Origin: Takakia lepidozioides
Lineage: Eukaryota; Plantae; Bryophyta
Direction: 5' to 3'
Assembly (NCBI GenBank): GCA_030704615.1
Contig: CM060731.1
Span: 85,622,001 to 85,686,000, forward strand
DNA length: 64,000 bases
In this document: in pieces, positions 26,226 through 39,200 of the stretch
Position numbering within the stretch: position 1 is the first letter of the stretch
Layout of the letters: each line of letters opens with the position of its first letter
Position numbers and translations under genes: made by a program
The notes under the pieces: generated by a model
The model's input: the letters and a program-made list of their open reading frames with translations, nothing else
What the model was told of the DNA's origin: nothing
The model's database searches: none

Positions 26226-28075
26226 TCAACGCTTCTTCCGCTTTTGAGGTCGCCCTTCGAAAACTGCAACCACCTCGGATGCGTTTCCCATTTCTGAGGC
26301 ACTCACCCAAGATGCCTCCACATGATGATAGCCCTTCCATTTGCCGAGATAATCTGTTTCTCGGTTCTTGAACCTCCTCGACTTAAGTACTGCCTCCATC
26401 TCGTACTCAGGTTCATTTTCATGATCCAACAGCATAGGTGGTGGACGCAACACTTGATGCCGATTCGGACGCGCTTCATCTTTGAAGTAAGGCTTCAAAA
26501 GGGAGATGTGGAATACTGGGTGCACCTTGCTGTTTGCCGACAGCTCCAATTCATACACATCCTCATTCATAACCTTCCGGATGCGAAAGGGTCCCGCATA
26601 CAGAGGTACGAACTTTGGACTCACTTCCGGAGGTAGTCGGAAATTCTTGATGTTCAACCAGACCTCCGTGCCTGCCTCAAACTTCACTTCCCTCCGCTTC
26701 CGATTCGCCTGCCTTTCATACCGTTTCCTAGCTTTGGCAATGTTGTACTTTGCGAGCTTCAACAAACGCTCGCGCGTCTAAGTGTTCCACCTAGTCTGTT
26801 TGGTCTGCCGACACGTAATTCCGCAAGATCTGCTTCACTACGGAATTCACTCTTTCCGTTTGGCCGTCGGTCGTAGGTCGGAAGGCGGTGCTCATCTTCA
26901 GCCTCGTCCCCATCTTCTTCCAGAGTGCCCTCCAAAATTTACTCGTAAACTTTGGATCGCGGTCCGAGACAATATCCTTCGGGACTCCATGATGCTTTAA
27001 GACGTGGACGAAGTAAAGTCGCCCTGTTTCCTGCGCCGTTGCCGTCTCCTTGGTGGGGATGAAATGGCCCATTTTACTGAACCTATCCACCACCACCATG
27101 ATTGCATCGAATCCTTTTGACAGCGGCATAGCAGTCATGAAATCCATCGAGACGCTTTCCCAAGTCCCCTCTGGAATCGGCAAGGGTTGTAACAGCCACG
27201 CTTGCTTTTTGTACTCGCTCCGATTTTGTTGGCATGTGGTGCATATCTTGACATACTCCTCTGCCTCCTCCCTCAGTTTGGGCCAGAAATACTCTTTCTT
27301 CAAGAGTGCCGTAGTGCACTTGGTTCCGCCGTGGCCCGCAAGCGGGCTATCATGGCATTCTCTCAAGAGGCTATCTCTGATCCCTCCCTTCGGCACGTAG
27401 AGACGCTTTTGCTTATACCGGAGCAGTCCATTTTGCAAGTGGAACTGCGATTTAACCCCCATCCTCAAGTCCTGCATCACGGACTTCGCCAGCTCATCCT
27501 TCCGGCAAGCCTTCCGGATCTTCCTTTGGAGCGCCATCTCACCCCTGTACACCAACAAGAGCTGTTGCTTTCTACTTAAAGCATCGGCCACCACGTTGTC
27601 CCGTCCCGGTTTGTACTGGATATCCACGTCGAACACCGCCAAAGTATCTTGCCACCTAAGTTGTTTTGGGGACAACTTGGGTTGCGTGGCAAAATACTTC
27701 ACCGTGACATTGTCCGTGAACACCTTCACTGGGTTGGAACCAACATAGTGGCGCCAAAGCTCAAGACAGTGCACCACCGCCTTCATCTCCTTCTCGTGCG
27801 TTGGCCAACGTCGCTCCACTTCATTCAGTTTCTTACTTTCGTAACCCACTGGACGTCCATCTTGCATCAGTACGCCCCCAATCGCGAAGTCCGACGCATC
27901 TATATGAATCTCGAACGGACAATCGAACTCCGGGATTTTCAAGACTGGAGCTTCCGCCATCCGCGGCTTCAATTCAGCAAAAGCTTGGCCACAAAAGGTG
28001 TTCCATGCCCAGACTTTGGATTTACACAGAAGGTCTGACAGCGGCCCCGCGATCTTGGCGAATTTTCTCACATAG
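26226..28075 (-). pseudogene. Ty3/gypsy chromovirus (Tcn1-like) pol fragment: RNase H, integrase, chromodomain
   Basis: Motifs HIDASDFAIGGVL, DALSR, HHCC (CHDSPLAGHG...CTTCQ), SMDF, DRFSKM, SDRDPKF, DGQTERVN, YAGPFRI and HPVFHISLLK. Chromodomain EYEMEAVLKSR...YLGKWKGYHHVEASW. There is an internal deletion at about 26770-26790. Confidence 0.92.
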
Positions 28076-29339
28076 CTACGATCTTGGCTTGCTACGGGTG
28101 GTGATGGCGCATAACCCTCTTCCCCAATCGCTTAAGGTGCCTTTGGAGTTTAGGGATTCTCATGTTCTTATCTCTTTCTCTTGCTTTTGAGTTTCTTAGT
28201 TGACATCGATAACAAGTGTGAGGGTCTGTGATTCACCTGGGGTTCCACAATCCTCACTAACCTATTGGTTTTTGTGGGGGCTTGTGATGGGACTAGGTGA
28301 GGATCCTCACCTACTTTGAAGTTTCTTGAGCATGCAGATTGGGATATGGGCTAAGGAGACCTAGGGTTGTGCGCGCTGTGAGGTGGCTGCTGGCTGCAGC
28401 CCCGATTTCAACCCAACTGCCCTTGACTTGATATGCTCCAGCCTGCGTTCTGACCTTTGTCGTTCTGCCGCCGATGCGCAGCTCGGCCTGACGGGCTTGT
28501 TTCCTGAGGCTTGCATACAAACCATACCCTACCTTTTAATCTTTGACAGCACAGCCTGTGGATTACTAAGCTAGGTTGTAAGTTATTTTGGCCAAAGAGG
28601 ATCTGGTTTTTGGTGGTATGTTTTTGGCGGTTTTGGGTAACTATGGATCTGATGGCCTTGAAGTTTAAGGCGGAAGCCTGGTAGGATACTGCCCTGCTCC
28701 TTGTCAGGCCTACTTCTGATGTGTACTGGATCGTAGTAAGGTGTTCTTTGCATGTCTTAGCATGGAACTCGTGAAGGATGAGGATGGTAAGCTGCAATGG
28801 AATCCTACCTACTGTTTTGGATCTGTCATGACATCAGGCCTATGACTTGCCATCTGTTTTGTATACAAAAGAGGCTGGATCTCGGCTGTTCATGCTGTTT
28901 GTTGGTACAAGTCTTGAACATGCAATCTGACAGGCTGCATTCACATTCCCTTGATACATTGTATGATCACATGTCTCGGGGTGAATACAAATGATATGGA
29001 ATCTACTTCATCTGGATCAAGTTGGACTGCTTGGTGGGATACTGAGATTCTGACAAAATGCAGGCTGGTCCTTATGCCTTGGCTGATGCATGACCTGCCA
29101 TAATTAATGGCTGAATTGGTAAGTTGCCGGTATATGTACAGGCTGAACCAAGAGGCCTTGCAGCATGCACAGGGACAACAATATCTTATCTTGTCCCACA
29201 CAAGAACAAACCCCGCCCTCCCACCCTATTTTGTCTTGGATGATTGGGTGGTGTCTTTTGGGATGATTTGACAAGACTGGAAATGTGAGATAGTGCCCTA
29301 TCCAGAGCTGTTTATGTCTTTAATTGACAATGACCCTTA

Positions 29340-30085
29340 TGGGTCTTGTCCCTCTCTCTTTTTAACTTTTTCTACAGAGGGGTCAACTCTGAGGTTAAGA
29401 AAACCATGCTTTGTTGCATTATTAGACCTGCCTTGGAGTACGGATCTGCAATATGGGTTGATAAATCTGACTTAGAGGCTGTAGTGTCCAAAGCCATGTC
29501 TGTTGCCATGAGATTGTCTGATGAAAATGAAGTTAGGCAGAAAACTTCCCTGAACTTATTTCCAGTTAGTGACATGGGGGAGGACATCTTGGATGACCTC
29601 AAGGGTCTACCCACTCTCGGCACTAGACTGAAATTTAAACTCAGGGCAAGAAGCCTACCTTTGAACAACAAACAGAAGCAAAGAGGAAAGGGAGAGTGCA
29701 ATTGCCCGTTGTGTGGGCAATCTGAAGACAATACTCATTTTCTGATACACTGTCCGGGGTTCTCTCACCAAAGAGACGCTCTCTTCAAATCTATCAAGGG
29801 AATTGTGCCTGTACCTCTGTTTACCAACTTTGAAAGTCTCAAGGCTGAGCCAAAAGCCCAGGCCCTCCTGAGGCCTAGTTATTGGGCAAATCACACAGAG
29901 TAGTTTGATGCTTGTGTGAAGGGATTTCTAGAGGATATCTGGAAAACCCAGATTAATTCTATATATGAAGGTAAGTCTTACTACCAACGTCAGCCCCTGA
30001 CAGAAGTAGGTTATGTCCCTTTTGTTTCCGCTCAAACTGGGCGCGGGGTCAATGGCCACAAGGCTACGACAAACAACGTCTTATG
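29340..30085 (+). mobile_element. LINE 3' fragment (RT thumb + CCHC zinc knuckle)
   Basis: IIRPALEYGSAIW (RT thumb), GTRLKFKLR and CPLCGQSEDNTHFLIHCP. Confidence 0.75.
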
Positions 30086-30099
30086 AGTACAATCTTTTA

Positions 30100-33000
30100 A
30101 CTTTTTTCTGCACCCTCTCTCCCTTATGGTTTGTTTACTTTTGTGAATAGCAAAAAAGAGAGGGAGGGAGATAGAGAGAGAGAGGGAGAGGGAGAGATCA
30201 GGAAACCAAAAAAAATAAAAATGGGGGGGGGGGGGGGGGGGTGACTGAGCCCGTGGTGCTCAGCAGCTGCTGGTGGTGCTCAGTCACTTCCCCCCCCCCA
30301 CGTTTTTCTTTTCTCTTTGTTGCCCCCTCTCGAGACCTCGAGCACTTGCTGCTCTCAACCCCCGACATGCTTGGTTTTTTTTGTTTTTGATCTGGAATGT
30401 TCCTAATGAGGCCAACTTGTGGGTTTGCATGACATGTGCCAGCTTATGGGGAAAGAGAAGAAGTCCCCTGCCCCAAAGAAAGGGGTGGACAATCCGTTTG
30501 CTCTGCCGGCACGTGTGACGCGCCAGGGCGTCTCACGGCTAACCAGCCCATCGACAGCCGCAGCCGGAGGGCTCGTCTGCCCCCCGAGGCCGATACCCCC
30601 CCTCTTGTCCACATCTTGGATGCGCCAGGGGCCGGCTCAGCCAGCTCTCCTATTCGGGAGGTTGTTGCTGAGCCGGATGCTCAGTTGAGCACACCCCCGG
30701 CCACCAAGATGGGTGAAATGTACCTTGGCAAGCACATCACCCGTTGGGGGGCCCGGTATGGGCACCTTTTGGATGTCACCCCCATAGCGACCCCTTCCTC
30801 TGCAACAAAGGCTGCACTTGCCAAGGCCCAACGTCAGGTTCAAGGGCCTTTGAAAGCCTCCATTGCCAGCCCATTGTTGTCGATGAGGGAGGAGGAGACG
30901 AGGAGGGCCAATGAAGTGGCCAAGATAGCGAAGCTCCTCGAAGAAGTCAAGCCGGGTGAGGGCTTCAACCCTGATATGCATTTGGGGGGGGGGGGGGGGA
31001 GAGGAGGAGGTATGGGCCGGTTCGGAGCAATCTAGCCGATCAGCGACACCGCCCCCTGAGCCTGAGCGGTAAGCAAAGAAGGGCCTGGACTACGAGGCGC
31101 CGCCGCCGGCTATGCTCCACATCTGGAATCTACTTCCAGTGGCGCTCCGGGAGGGGATAGAGCGGGCACATCCGGAAACGGGGACTCCTCTCACATCGGG
31201 TGACACCAGGGGCGAGTCGGACAAGCTTGCAAAGGTACAACTGTCGCACCTTGTTCCATGATTTATCCTTTCCTTTGCATGCATGATTTTCTTTGTTGTT
31301 TGTTTCTTTTTTTGAATTTGGAGGGGTTATTTGTCTTCAGGAGGCAGCAACATGGCTGGCCTCATTAGTGCAGTCCAGTGGGGTTGCCAATGAGGGAGAG
31401 CACGTGGTGTTCATGAAGGACCCGAATACCAAAGGTAAGAAGAAGAGGCCTCGATCTCCCGAGATCCCTTTTACCATCAATGAAGGGGCTGCCGAGGAGA
31501 GAGGGAGAAGGGAGAGGGAGAAGGAGAGAGAGGAAGTAGCGGGGAAGGGGAAGGAGATGGTCGTGGAGAAGGGGAAGGAAAAGAAGAAGAAGAAAAAGAA
31601 GTCCTATGGAGAGGAAGGGATGAGTGTGCATGCGGGGGAGGGCAGTGGGGTAACAAAGGAGCAGGGGAAGGAGGCTACAAAGAAGGGAGAGGGTGGGATG
31701 GCCTTGGCGATACAGGATGTGGAGTTGGCAAAGATCATGGTGCCACCGGTGGAGGTGAATTGCCATGGTGACCCCTGCGGTGCATTCTGGGAGGCTATGA
31801 AGAAGCCAGCCTTCGAACTCGCATTGAGGTGGTTCCCTTTGCACATCGAGTGGGCTGATCAGCACTTTGGCGCAAAGCGGGCGTATGCCCGTGAATTAGA
31901 CCGCCGGTTTTCGGGCAATTGGAGTGACACAAGGGTGATGGAGATGGTGGGGCAAAACTTGAAGGACAGGAGGTACCGTGCCAGACAGATCATTCGGAGG
32001 GCAATGGAAAAGGGGGCCATACCCAAACCACCTTATGGAATTACACAGGTTGGCAAATCCTAAATCATGTCACCTTCCATTTGTTGTATGTGCATTAATG
32101 AGGTGGATTCGATGCAACGTATGTGTGTAATTCACTAATTGTTGGGGGGGGGGGGCATAGGTATCATGGGATGCACTCATTGCGGGAGAGACTGATGCCG
32201 CAAACAAGGCCAAATTTGACCGGGCACGCGAAGCAACAACAGTCCGCCTTGACAAGCACGAATCCACACACAAGTGGGGCGTCGGCGGATCCAAGGGTTT
32301 TATCTTGCGATTTGTAAGTCGTACTTCCCTATGGATTTTGTTATGTCTTCTTTCTGGCTCCATCATCACGAAGAACTGACTTTAATTTGTGGCATGTGTA
32401 GCAACGCGCGTTTGAGAGGAAGCCATCTCCGATAGAGTACAACTACGCCAAGGAGCATGGTTGGCAATCCCTCATGAAGAACATGGCCAACACAGAGGGG
32501 ATGAGTGCACTACAGGGCACTATTATGGATGAGGTCGAGGGTCATGCCCAGGGATTGGATGAGAGCTCTGTGGGACTTAGGGGAACGCCGCCTCATTTAC
32601 GTGCTCTGGCAAAGGGCGCGGAGTCATCAGGCTCAGCGGATAGCTCTGAGTCCTCCACTGAGGATGAGGATGAGGATGACTAGTCCTAGTCCATGTAGGT
32701 CCCAGGGTCAGTCTACTGAACCCTTGTGAGCTTTTCAGCTCATTTCTTGTAAATATATTTCCATCTTTCCATCTTCCATCTTATTCATGTGTCGCACCGT
32801 CCTCACCCTCGATTCTTGCTTGCTCAATTGTGTACCTGCTAACTTAGAGAAATGGAACTGTAAGTTCTCCCATCCCCAAATACAAAACCAGGAAAAAAAA
32901 AAAAACCACCCCCAATTCACCCCCAAAATGAACCCCCAAACCCACCCCCCCCCACCAGGCTGCCCTCGCGACTGCATCACGTCGCCAATGGCGACGAGTT

Positions 33001-33517
33001 TTTTGGGCGGGGGTCGCAAGAAGCGATGGTCGGGCGTCTCAAACCCCATTTGCGGGCGGCAACGCCCGACACCCCCTGTGACGTGTTTTTTAGTCCGGGG
33101 GTCATTGGCCCCCGACACCCCCAATAGTCGTTGGCAGCGACGCATGGGCGTCGCTTGGCGTACCACCCGGCTGACTCCCGGGCAGGTTAGAAAAAAAAAA
33201 AGGATGCGACGCCACGCCGGCGCCCCCACCAACGCCGTCGGCTGGAGGGCAGCGACGGCGAGACGTCGCGCGAAGAGGCTCTTGCCATCGGCGCGCACGG
33301 CCTGAAAAACCGACGTCCGGCAGTCGCGGGAGTTGGGGCGGGGGCTCGCGACCCCCATACGTCACATTTTTGCGACGTCATTTTGGCGACGCCCTTGCGA
33401 CTGTAGGGCGACGGCCGGGCGTCGCAAATTCTGCGCCTCCCGCGTGCCTGAAAAGGGCGTTTTCCCGACGCTGCGGTGTGGCGCGGGCGTCGCAAAGGCC
33501 CCCATTTTCCTGTAGTG
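30100..33517 (+). mobile_element. CACTA element fragment, copy 2, ending TTTTCCTGTAGTG; spliced TnpA/Ptta(Transposase_24)-like ORF
   Basis: TAGTG terminus at 33513-33517 (reverse complement CACTACAGGAAA). Subterminal GCGACG repeats at about 32960-33495. ORF 31293-32063 and the next exon read SWDALIAGETD...THKWGVGGSKGF. The region is an inverted homolog of 473-3950. Confidence 0.78.
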
Positions 33518-33518
33518 T

Positions 33519-35040
33519 TCATATCTTTAATGAGGCAATAACAAACTCTCTTCTATAGTACCTCTCGTATATGCCTGGATTTCTTTCAAGCTTTAATGCT
33601 CCCTTGGCTATACTAGAAGTCTCCGTTACCATATAACCATATGGCAAGCATGTCTGGAAAGTTGTTCTTGGTTTAAGTTTGATCCACATGATATCCTTGG
33701 GAATCCAATTCTTTACTAGCACAAGTTCTTCATGCATATGAGTGTAAACATTCACTTTCCGTTCCTCCCAGCCTTCAAACTCCACTCGTTTGATGGATAA
33801 CAATGCTATCACATAAACCAGTGTTGGTAACCAACTTGCTCTCCCTCTACAGGCCACTTGATAAATCTTTATCACTCCTTTCTCCAGACCCCACTCAGGA
33901 TCAGCATCATGCACTCTCTTAAGAATGTTTTCTTTGCAACCGTCTGGCAATTCCAAAAACCTCTGAAAGAATTGTTTGGATAATATTTCTTTCTCAGTTC
34001 CACAGGGAATTTGATTCACATCAAATTCTTTAATTCTCCAACCACCATGATCCCACCAGATGCCTGTCACATCTGGTTGTTCTTGACCCAGTTCCCCAGT
34101 ATGGTCGTCAAATGTCGAGCGGCTTTTACTCACCCATCCCTTCGCTATCCGAGGTGGGAACTCCAAGATAGAGGAGTTGGATATCTCTAAGCACTCAGCC
34201 CGCTCAGAACAATCAGTCATGACCTACAACTTGTGTATCATGGAAGTGCTTCATGTTTGTATTCCTTCTAGCCTTCATGTCAGCAAGTTACCTTACTGTT
34301 TATATTTAAGTATCAGATTGCTTCAGCAATCTACCAGGTTCCAATCACTCATCTATACATTCCACAGCTTCACTCAGTTCTCTCTACACAGTGTGAGTAT
34401 GAAATGTGTATCAGATTTAAATCTATCAAGTATCAGGCTGAAACGATGGTGTCCCTAGTCTGCTCTACAGTAACTCTACAGCTTGCATGAATCAAGCATC
34501 AACAGTTCGTGTCTCCTCCTTCACTGCGCTCTCTATTCCTCAGCTCCCGATTGTCCTCTCTCCCTTAAGGCCAAGTCGTGATGCAAGAAGTGTCATCTTC
34601 CCATTGCTACTCTGCCTAATCTACCTGCAAGCTGTTCTAACTGCCTAACTAACTAACTGTCATCCAGACATAATACACGTTCCATCTGCCGATGTCGTTC
34701 CCACACAGTCGTACCCTGCCATGGTAACCGTTCCCTACGAATGTTGTGACGGGCTGTGCCCAACTGTGTCGGCTGTGACTGGCTGTGTCGGACTATGCCA
34801 GGCTGTGACTGGTTGTGTCGGGCTGTGTAAAGTTGTGTCGGGCTGTGGCTAACTGTGTCGGGCTATGTCAGGCTGTGACAGACTGTGATAGGCTGTGTAA
34901 GACTATGACTGACTGTCTAAGCCTGTCTACCACCCCTAAGGCCTGTGTTGGTCTAAATCTACCATCCGTAAGTCTGCGCAAAAATCAAGGGTACCCACAG
35001 AACCCATAAAACTGTCTAAGTCCTAGACAAGCCTCTAACA
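33519..35040 (-). mobile_element. LTR-like remnant with an unidentified 233-aa ORF (33519-34220) and GGCTGTG simple repeats
   Basis: Ends ...CTAACA at 35040 (TGTTAG on minus), abutting the MULE coding sequence. About 10-bp GGCTGTGTCG-type repeats at 34745-34920. An open ATG ORF has no recognised domain. Confidence 0.4.
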
Positions 35041-36235
35041 GCAGTCCATTGGTTCGTATGTCACGCCGGGAACTGCTGCTTCTGTTGTTTAAGACAAAAG
35101 GAATGTGGTAATGAAGACGGAGACCACAACTTCCACTCCAATAGTTGAGCTCTCCGACTCCTCGGAGGAGGATGTTCCCAAAATTCTATGTGTGGTGCAT
35201 TCTCCGATTGTCATAGAATCGGAAGTGAAGGAGCTGACTAGTGTCATTCCTAAACTGAAGTCAATGGGAGGAATGCCCGGTTTCAAGAGTGAATTGCGGG
35301 GGATTGACTAGGACACTGTCTCTGTTGAGTGTGTGGAGTTCCTGCCGGAGACTTTTGATGGGGATGTCGTTTTCAAGCTGCCTCCACCTGGGCGGGGTGG
35401 ACCTGTTTCGAGCCTCATGTAGGGAATGGACAAGAGACACGATTGAGACCCATGGTGCAAAACGAAAACATCCAATATTCAAAATGATGACAAGCTTGTG
35501 TTCAGGAGAGCGGTGTGCAACGGGCACTTGAGGTGCGAGAATTTGAATTGTAGACATTTCCTGCGGTCCGAGGTTCAGAACCAGAGCAAGTGGGAGGGAT
35601 GCGCCGAGAATCCTTTCAAGCCCGGTGAAGCACCTCCTACCTCCAACACTTTCGTTTGCAAGTTTTGCAAACGAGCGCCTTCCCGTCTGGCAGTGTGTGG
35701 AGCAAGAATGTACTATGTGGTGCACCGTTTCAAAACCATGACTAGAGCCGGGTGCATTTCGGCTTCCACAACCATCCAGTGTCGAAGGGGGATTACCGGA
35801 AAAGTGTTGAAACAATGTCCAGGTTGATAAGACAGGAGTATGAGAGCAATCCAATAGCTACCACCTCCACAATTGTTCTTGGAGCAAGCAAGACTTTCCT
35901 AGAAAGCCATATTCTGAGTGAAGGACATTCTGTGGACAGGAAACTGGACGGGCCAGCCTTGGAGAATGTTATGGATCACTTCTCTACCTTGAGCTCACCG
36001 AACATTAGAAACCAGATGAATGCATTGAGGATGGGCTCTGCTCACAGAGGGGGGGGCTGCTATTTCATGAGCGGCATGAGCATGAGCGGCATGAGCATGA
36101 GCAGAAAAAAAAAAAAACATGAGCAGACCATTGTAAGTCCACGGAAATAGGGTTAGGAGGCACGGAAATAGGGTCATGTGAAGTTGGAATGTGGCACCAG
36201 TGGACTTGAAATGCAACATTTTATTGCATTTACTT

Positions 36236-39200
36236 GCCGAAAATGGCTAAGTCCCAGATCTGACTAGGCCCGGAACTGGAAAAATGGCGCCGAATTTCCG
36301 ATTTTGGTGCCAGTCAGATCTGGGACTTAGCCATTTTAGGCCCCGAACTAGAACAATGGCGTTTTTTTTGTTTTTTTTTTTTTTTTTTCGGTGCCATTTT
36401 ACCAGTTCGGGGCCTAAAATGGCTAAGTCCCAGATCTGACTGGGCCCGGAACTGGCAAAATGGCGCCGAATTTCCGATTTTGGTGCCAGCCACTCTAGGG
36501 ACTTAGCCATTTTCGGCCCTGAAAGTACCCACTGGCTATGCCTCTGCTTTCAAAAAACATGTGGTCAAACAAAAGTTGAGCCAATTGAACTCGCTCTAGT
36601 ACTTGAGATGGAGAGTGGGTGAGGTCTGTATGGTGGAGTCTTTTAGCAAAGGTGCCATTGGCTTGACTTATATAACGTGATAGAATGGTTTCTCCTCTTT
36701 TCACCATTTCCGTATCACTAGAAGAAGACCTGCTTACATCTATAAGTGCAAGGTGTTAGCATAGTTAACACTTGTGTGTGGAAAAGAGCTTGATAGATAG
36801 CTCTTAAGTTACAAGCTGTTGCAGGGTTTGCAAGAAGAAAGTCTTGTGGTGTTTATGTACAAGAGGAGGTCTTCAAGAAGAGCATCATTGAAAGTTTGAG
36901 AGCTTGTGAAGAAGCTCTTGTTCTGCAAGTGTTGCAGGGTTTGAGGAGTTCAAGAAGAGCTCGGGTGTTAAGGAAGCAAGTGGTGCATGTGTGGAGTATG
37001 GTTTCAGCTTGTGGGAGTCTTCAACTTCCATTTTTCCTGTTCGGGGCCGAAAATGGCTAAGTCCCAGATCTGACTGGGCCCAGAACTGGAAAAATGGCGC
37101 CGAATTTCCGATTTTGGGTGCCAGTCAGATCTGGGACTTAGCCGTTTTCGGCCCGGAACTAGAAAAATATCGGTTTTTTTTTTTTTTTTTTTTTTTTTCG
37201 GCGCGATTTATCCAGTTCGGGGCCGAAAATGGCTAAGTCCCAGATCTGACTGGGCCCAGAAATGGAAAAATGGTGCCGAATTTCCGATTTTGGGTGCCAG
37301 TCAGATCTGGGACTTAGCCGTTTTCGGCCACGAACTGGAAAAATGGCGTTTATTTATTTCTTTTTGTTTTCTTTTTATTTTATTTTCGGCGCCATTTTTC
37401 CATTTCGGGGCCGAAAATGGCTAAGTCCCAGATCTGACTGGCACCAAAATCGGAAATTCGGCGCCATTTTTCCAGTCATGCAGGTAATTCGAAGAGCGGA
37501 TGGATGGAAATCCGGCGCCGGATTACCATCCGCCAACTAGGTCGGCGCGCAAAATTTCCGTCATGCAGGTAATTCGAAGAGCGGATAGATGAAAATCCGG
37601 CGCCGGATTTCCATCCATCCGCTCTTGGAATTACATGCATGACTGGAAAAATGGCGCCGAATTTCCGATTTTGGGTGCCAGTCAGATCTGGGACTTAGCC
37701 GTTTTCGGCCGCTAACAAGAAAAATGGCGTTTTTTTTTTTTTTTTTTTTTTTTTCGGCGACATTTTTCCATTTCGTTGCCGAAAATGTCTAAGTCCCAGA
37801 TCTGACTGGCACCAAAATCGGAAATTCGGCGCCATTTTTCCAGTCATGCAGGTAATTCCAAAAGCGGATGGATGGAAATCCGGAGCCGGATTTCCATCCA
37901 CCAGGTAAGTCGGCGCGCAAAATTTCCGTCATGCAGGTAATTCGAAGAGCGGATGGATGAAAATCCGGCGCCGGATTTCCATCCATCCGCTCTTGGAATT
38001 ACCTGCATGACTGGAAAAATGGCGCCGAATTTCCGATTTTGGGTGCCAGTCAGATCTGGCACTTAGCCGTTTTCGGCCCCGACATGGAAAAATGACGTTT
38101 TTTTTTTTTTTTTTTTTTTTTTTTTTGGCGCCATTTTTCCATTTCGGGGCCGAAAATGGCTAAGTCCCAGATCTGACTTGCACCAAAATCGGAAATTCGG
38201 CGCCATTTTTCCAGTCATGCAGGTAATTCGAAGAGCGGATGGATGGAAATCCGGCGCCGGATTACCATCCGCCAATTAGGTCGGCGCGCAAAAATTTCCG
38301 TCGTGCAGGTAATTCGAAGAGCGGATGGATGAAAATCCGGCGCCGGATTTCCATCCATCCGCTCTTGGAATTACCTGCATGACTGGAAAAATGGCGCCGA
38401 ATTTCCGATTTTGGGTGCCAGTCAGATCTGGGACTTAGCCGTTTTCGGCCCCGACATGGAAAAATGGCGTTTTTTTTTTTTTTGTTTGTTTTTGTTTTGG
38501 CGCCTTTTTTCCATTTCGGGGCCGAAAATGGCTAAGTCCCAGATCTGACTTGCACCAAAATCGGAAATTCGGCGCCATTTTTCCAGTCATGCAGGTAATT
38601 CCAAGAGCGGATGGATGGAAATCCGGCGCCGGATTTCCATCCACCAGGTAAGTCGGCGCGCAAAATTTCTGTCGTGCAGGTAATTCGAAGAGCGGATGGA
38701 TGAAAATCCGGCGCCGGATTTCCATCCATCCGCTCTTGGAATTACCTGCATGACTGGAAAAATGGCGCCGAATTTCCGATTTTGGGTGCCAGTCAGATCT
38801 GGGACTTAGCCGTTTTCGGCCCCGACATGGAAAAATGGCGTTTTTTTTTTTTTTTTTTTTTTTTTTTTGGCGCCATTTTTCCATTTCGGGGCCGAAAATG
38901 GCTAGGTCCCAGATCTGACTTGCACCAAAATCGGAAATTCGGCGCCATTTTTCCAGTCATGCAGGTAATTCCAAGAGCGGATGGATGGAAATCCGGCGCC
39001 GAATTTCCATCCGCCAGCTAGGTCGGCGCGCAAAATTTCCGTCATGCAGGTAATTGGAAGAGCGGATGGATGGAAATTCGGCACCGGATTTCCATCCGCA
39101 AGGTTGGTCGGAGAGCGGATGGATGGAGATCCGGCACCGGATTTCCATCCTGCAGGTAAGTGGAATCCCGGATGGATGGAAATCCGGCGCCGAATTTCCA

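Noticed and set aside
473-33517. Single 33-kb CACTA element
   Set aside because: There is no 3-bp TSD (TGG versus TTC), both arms are the same end of the element, and they are diverged.
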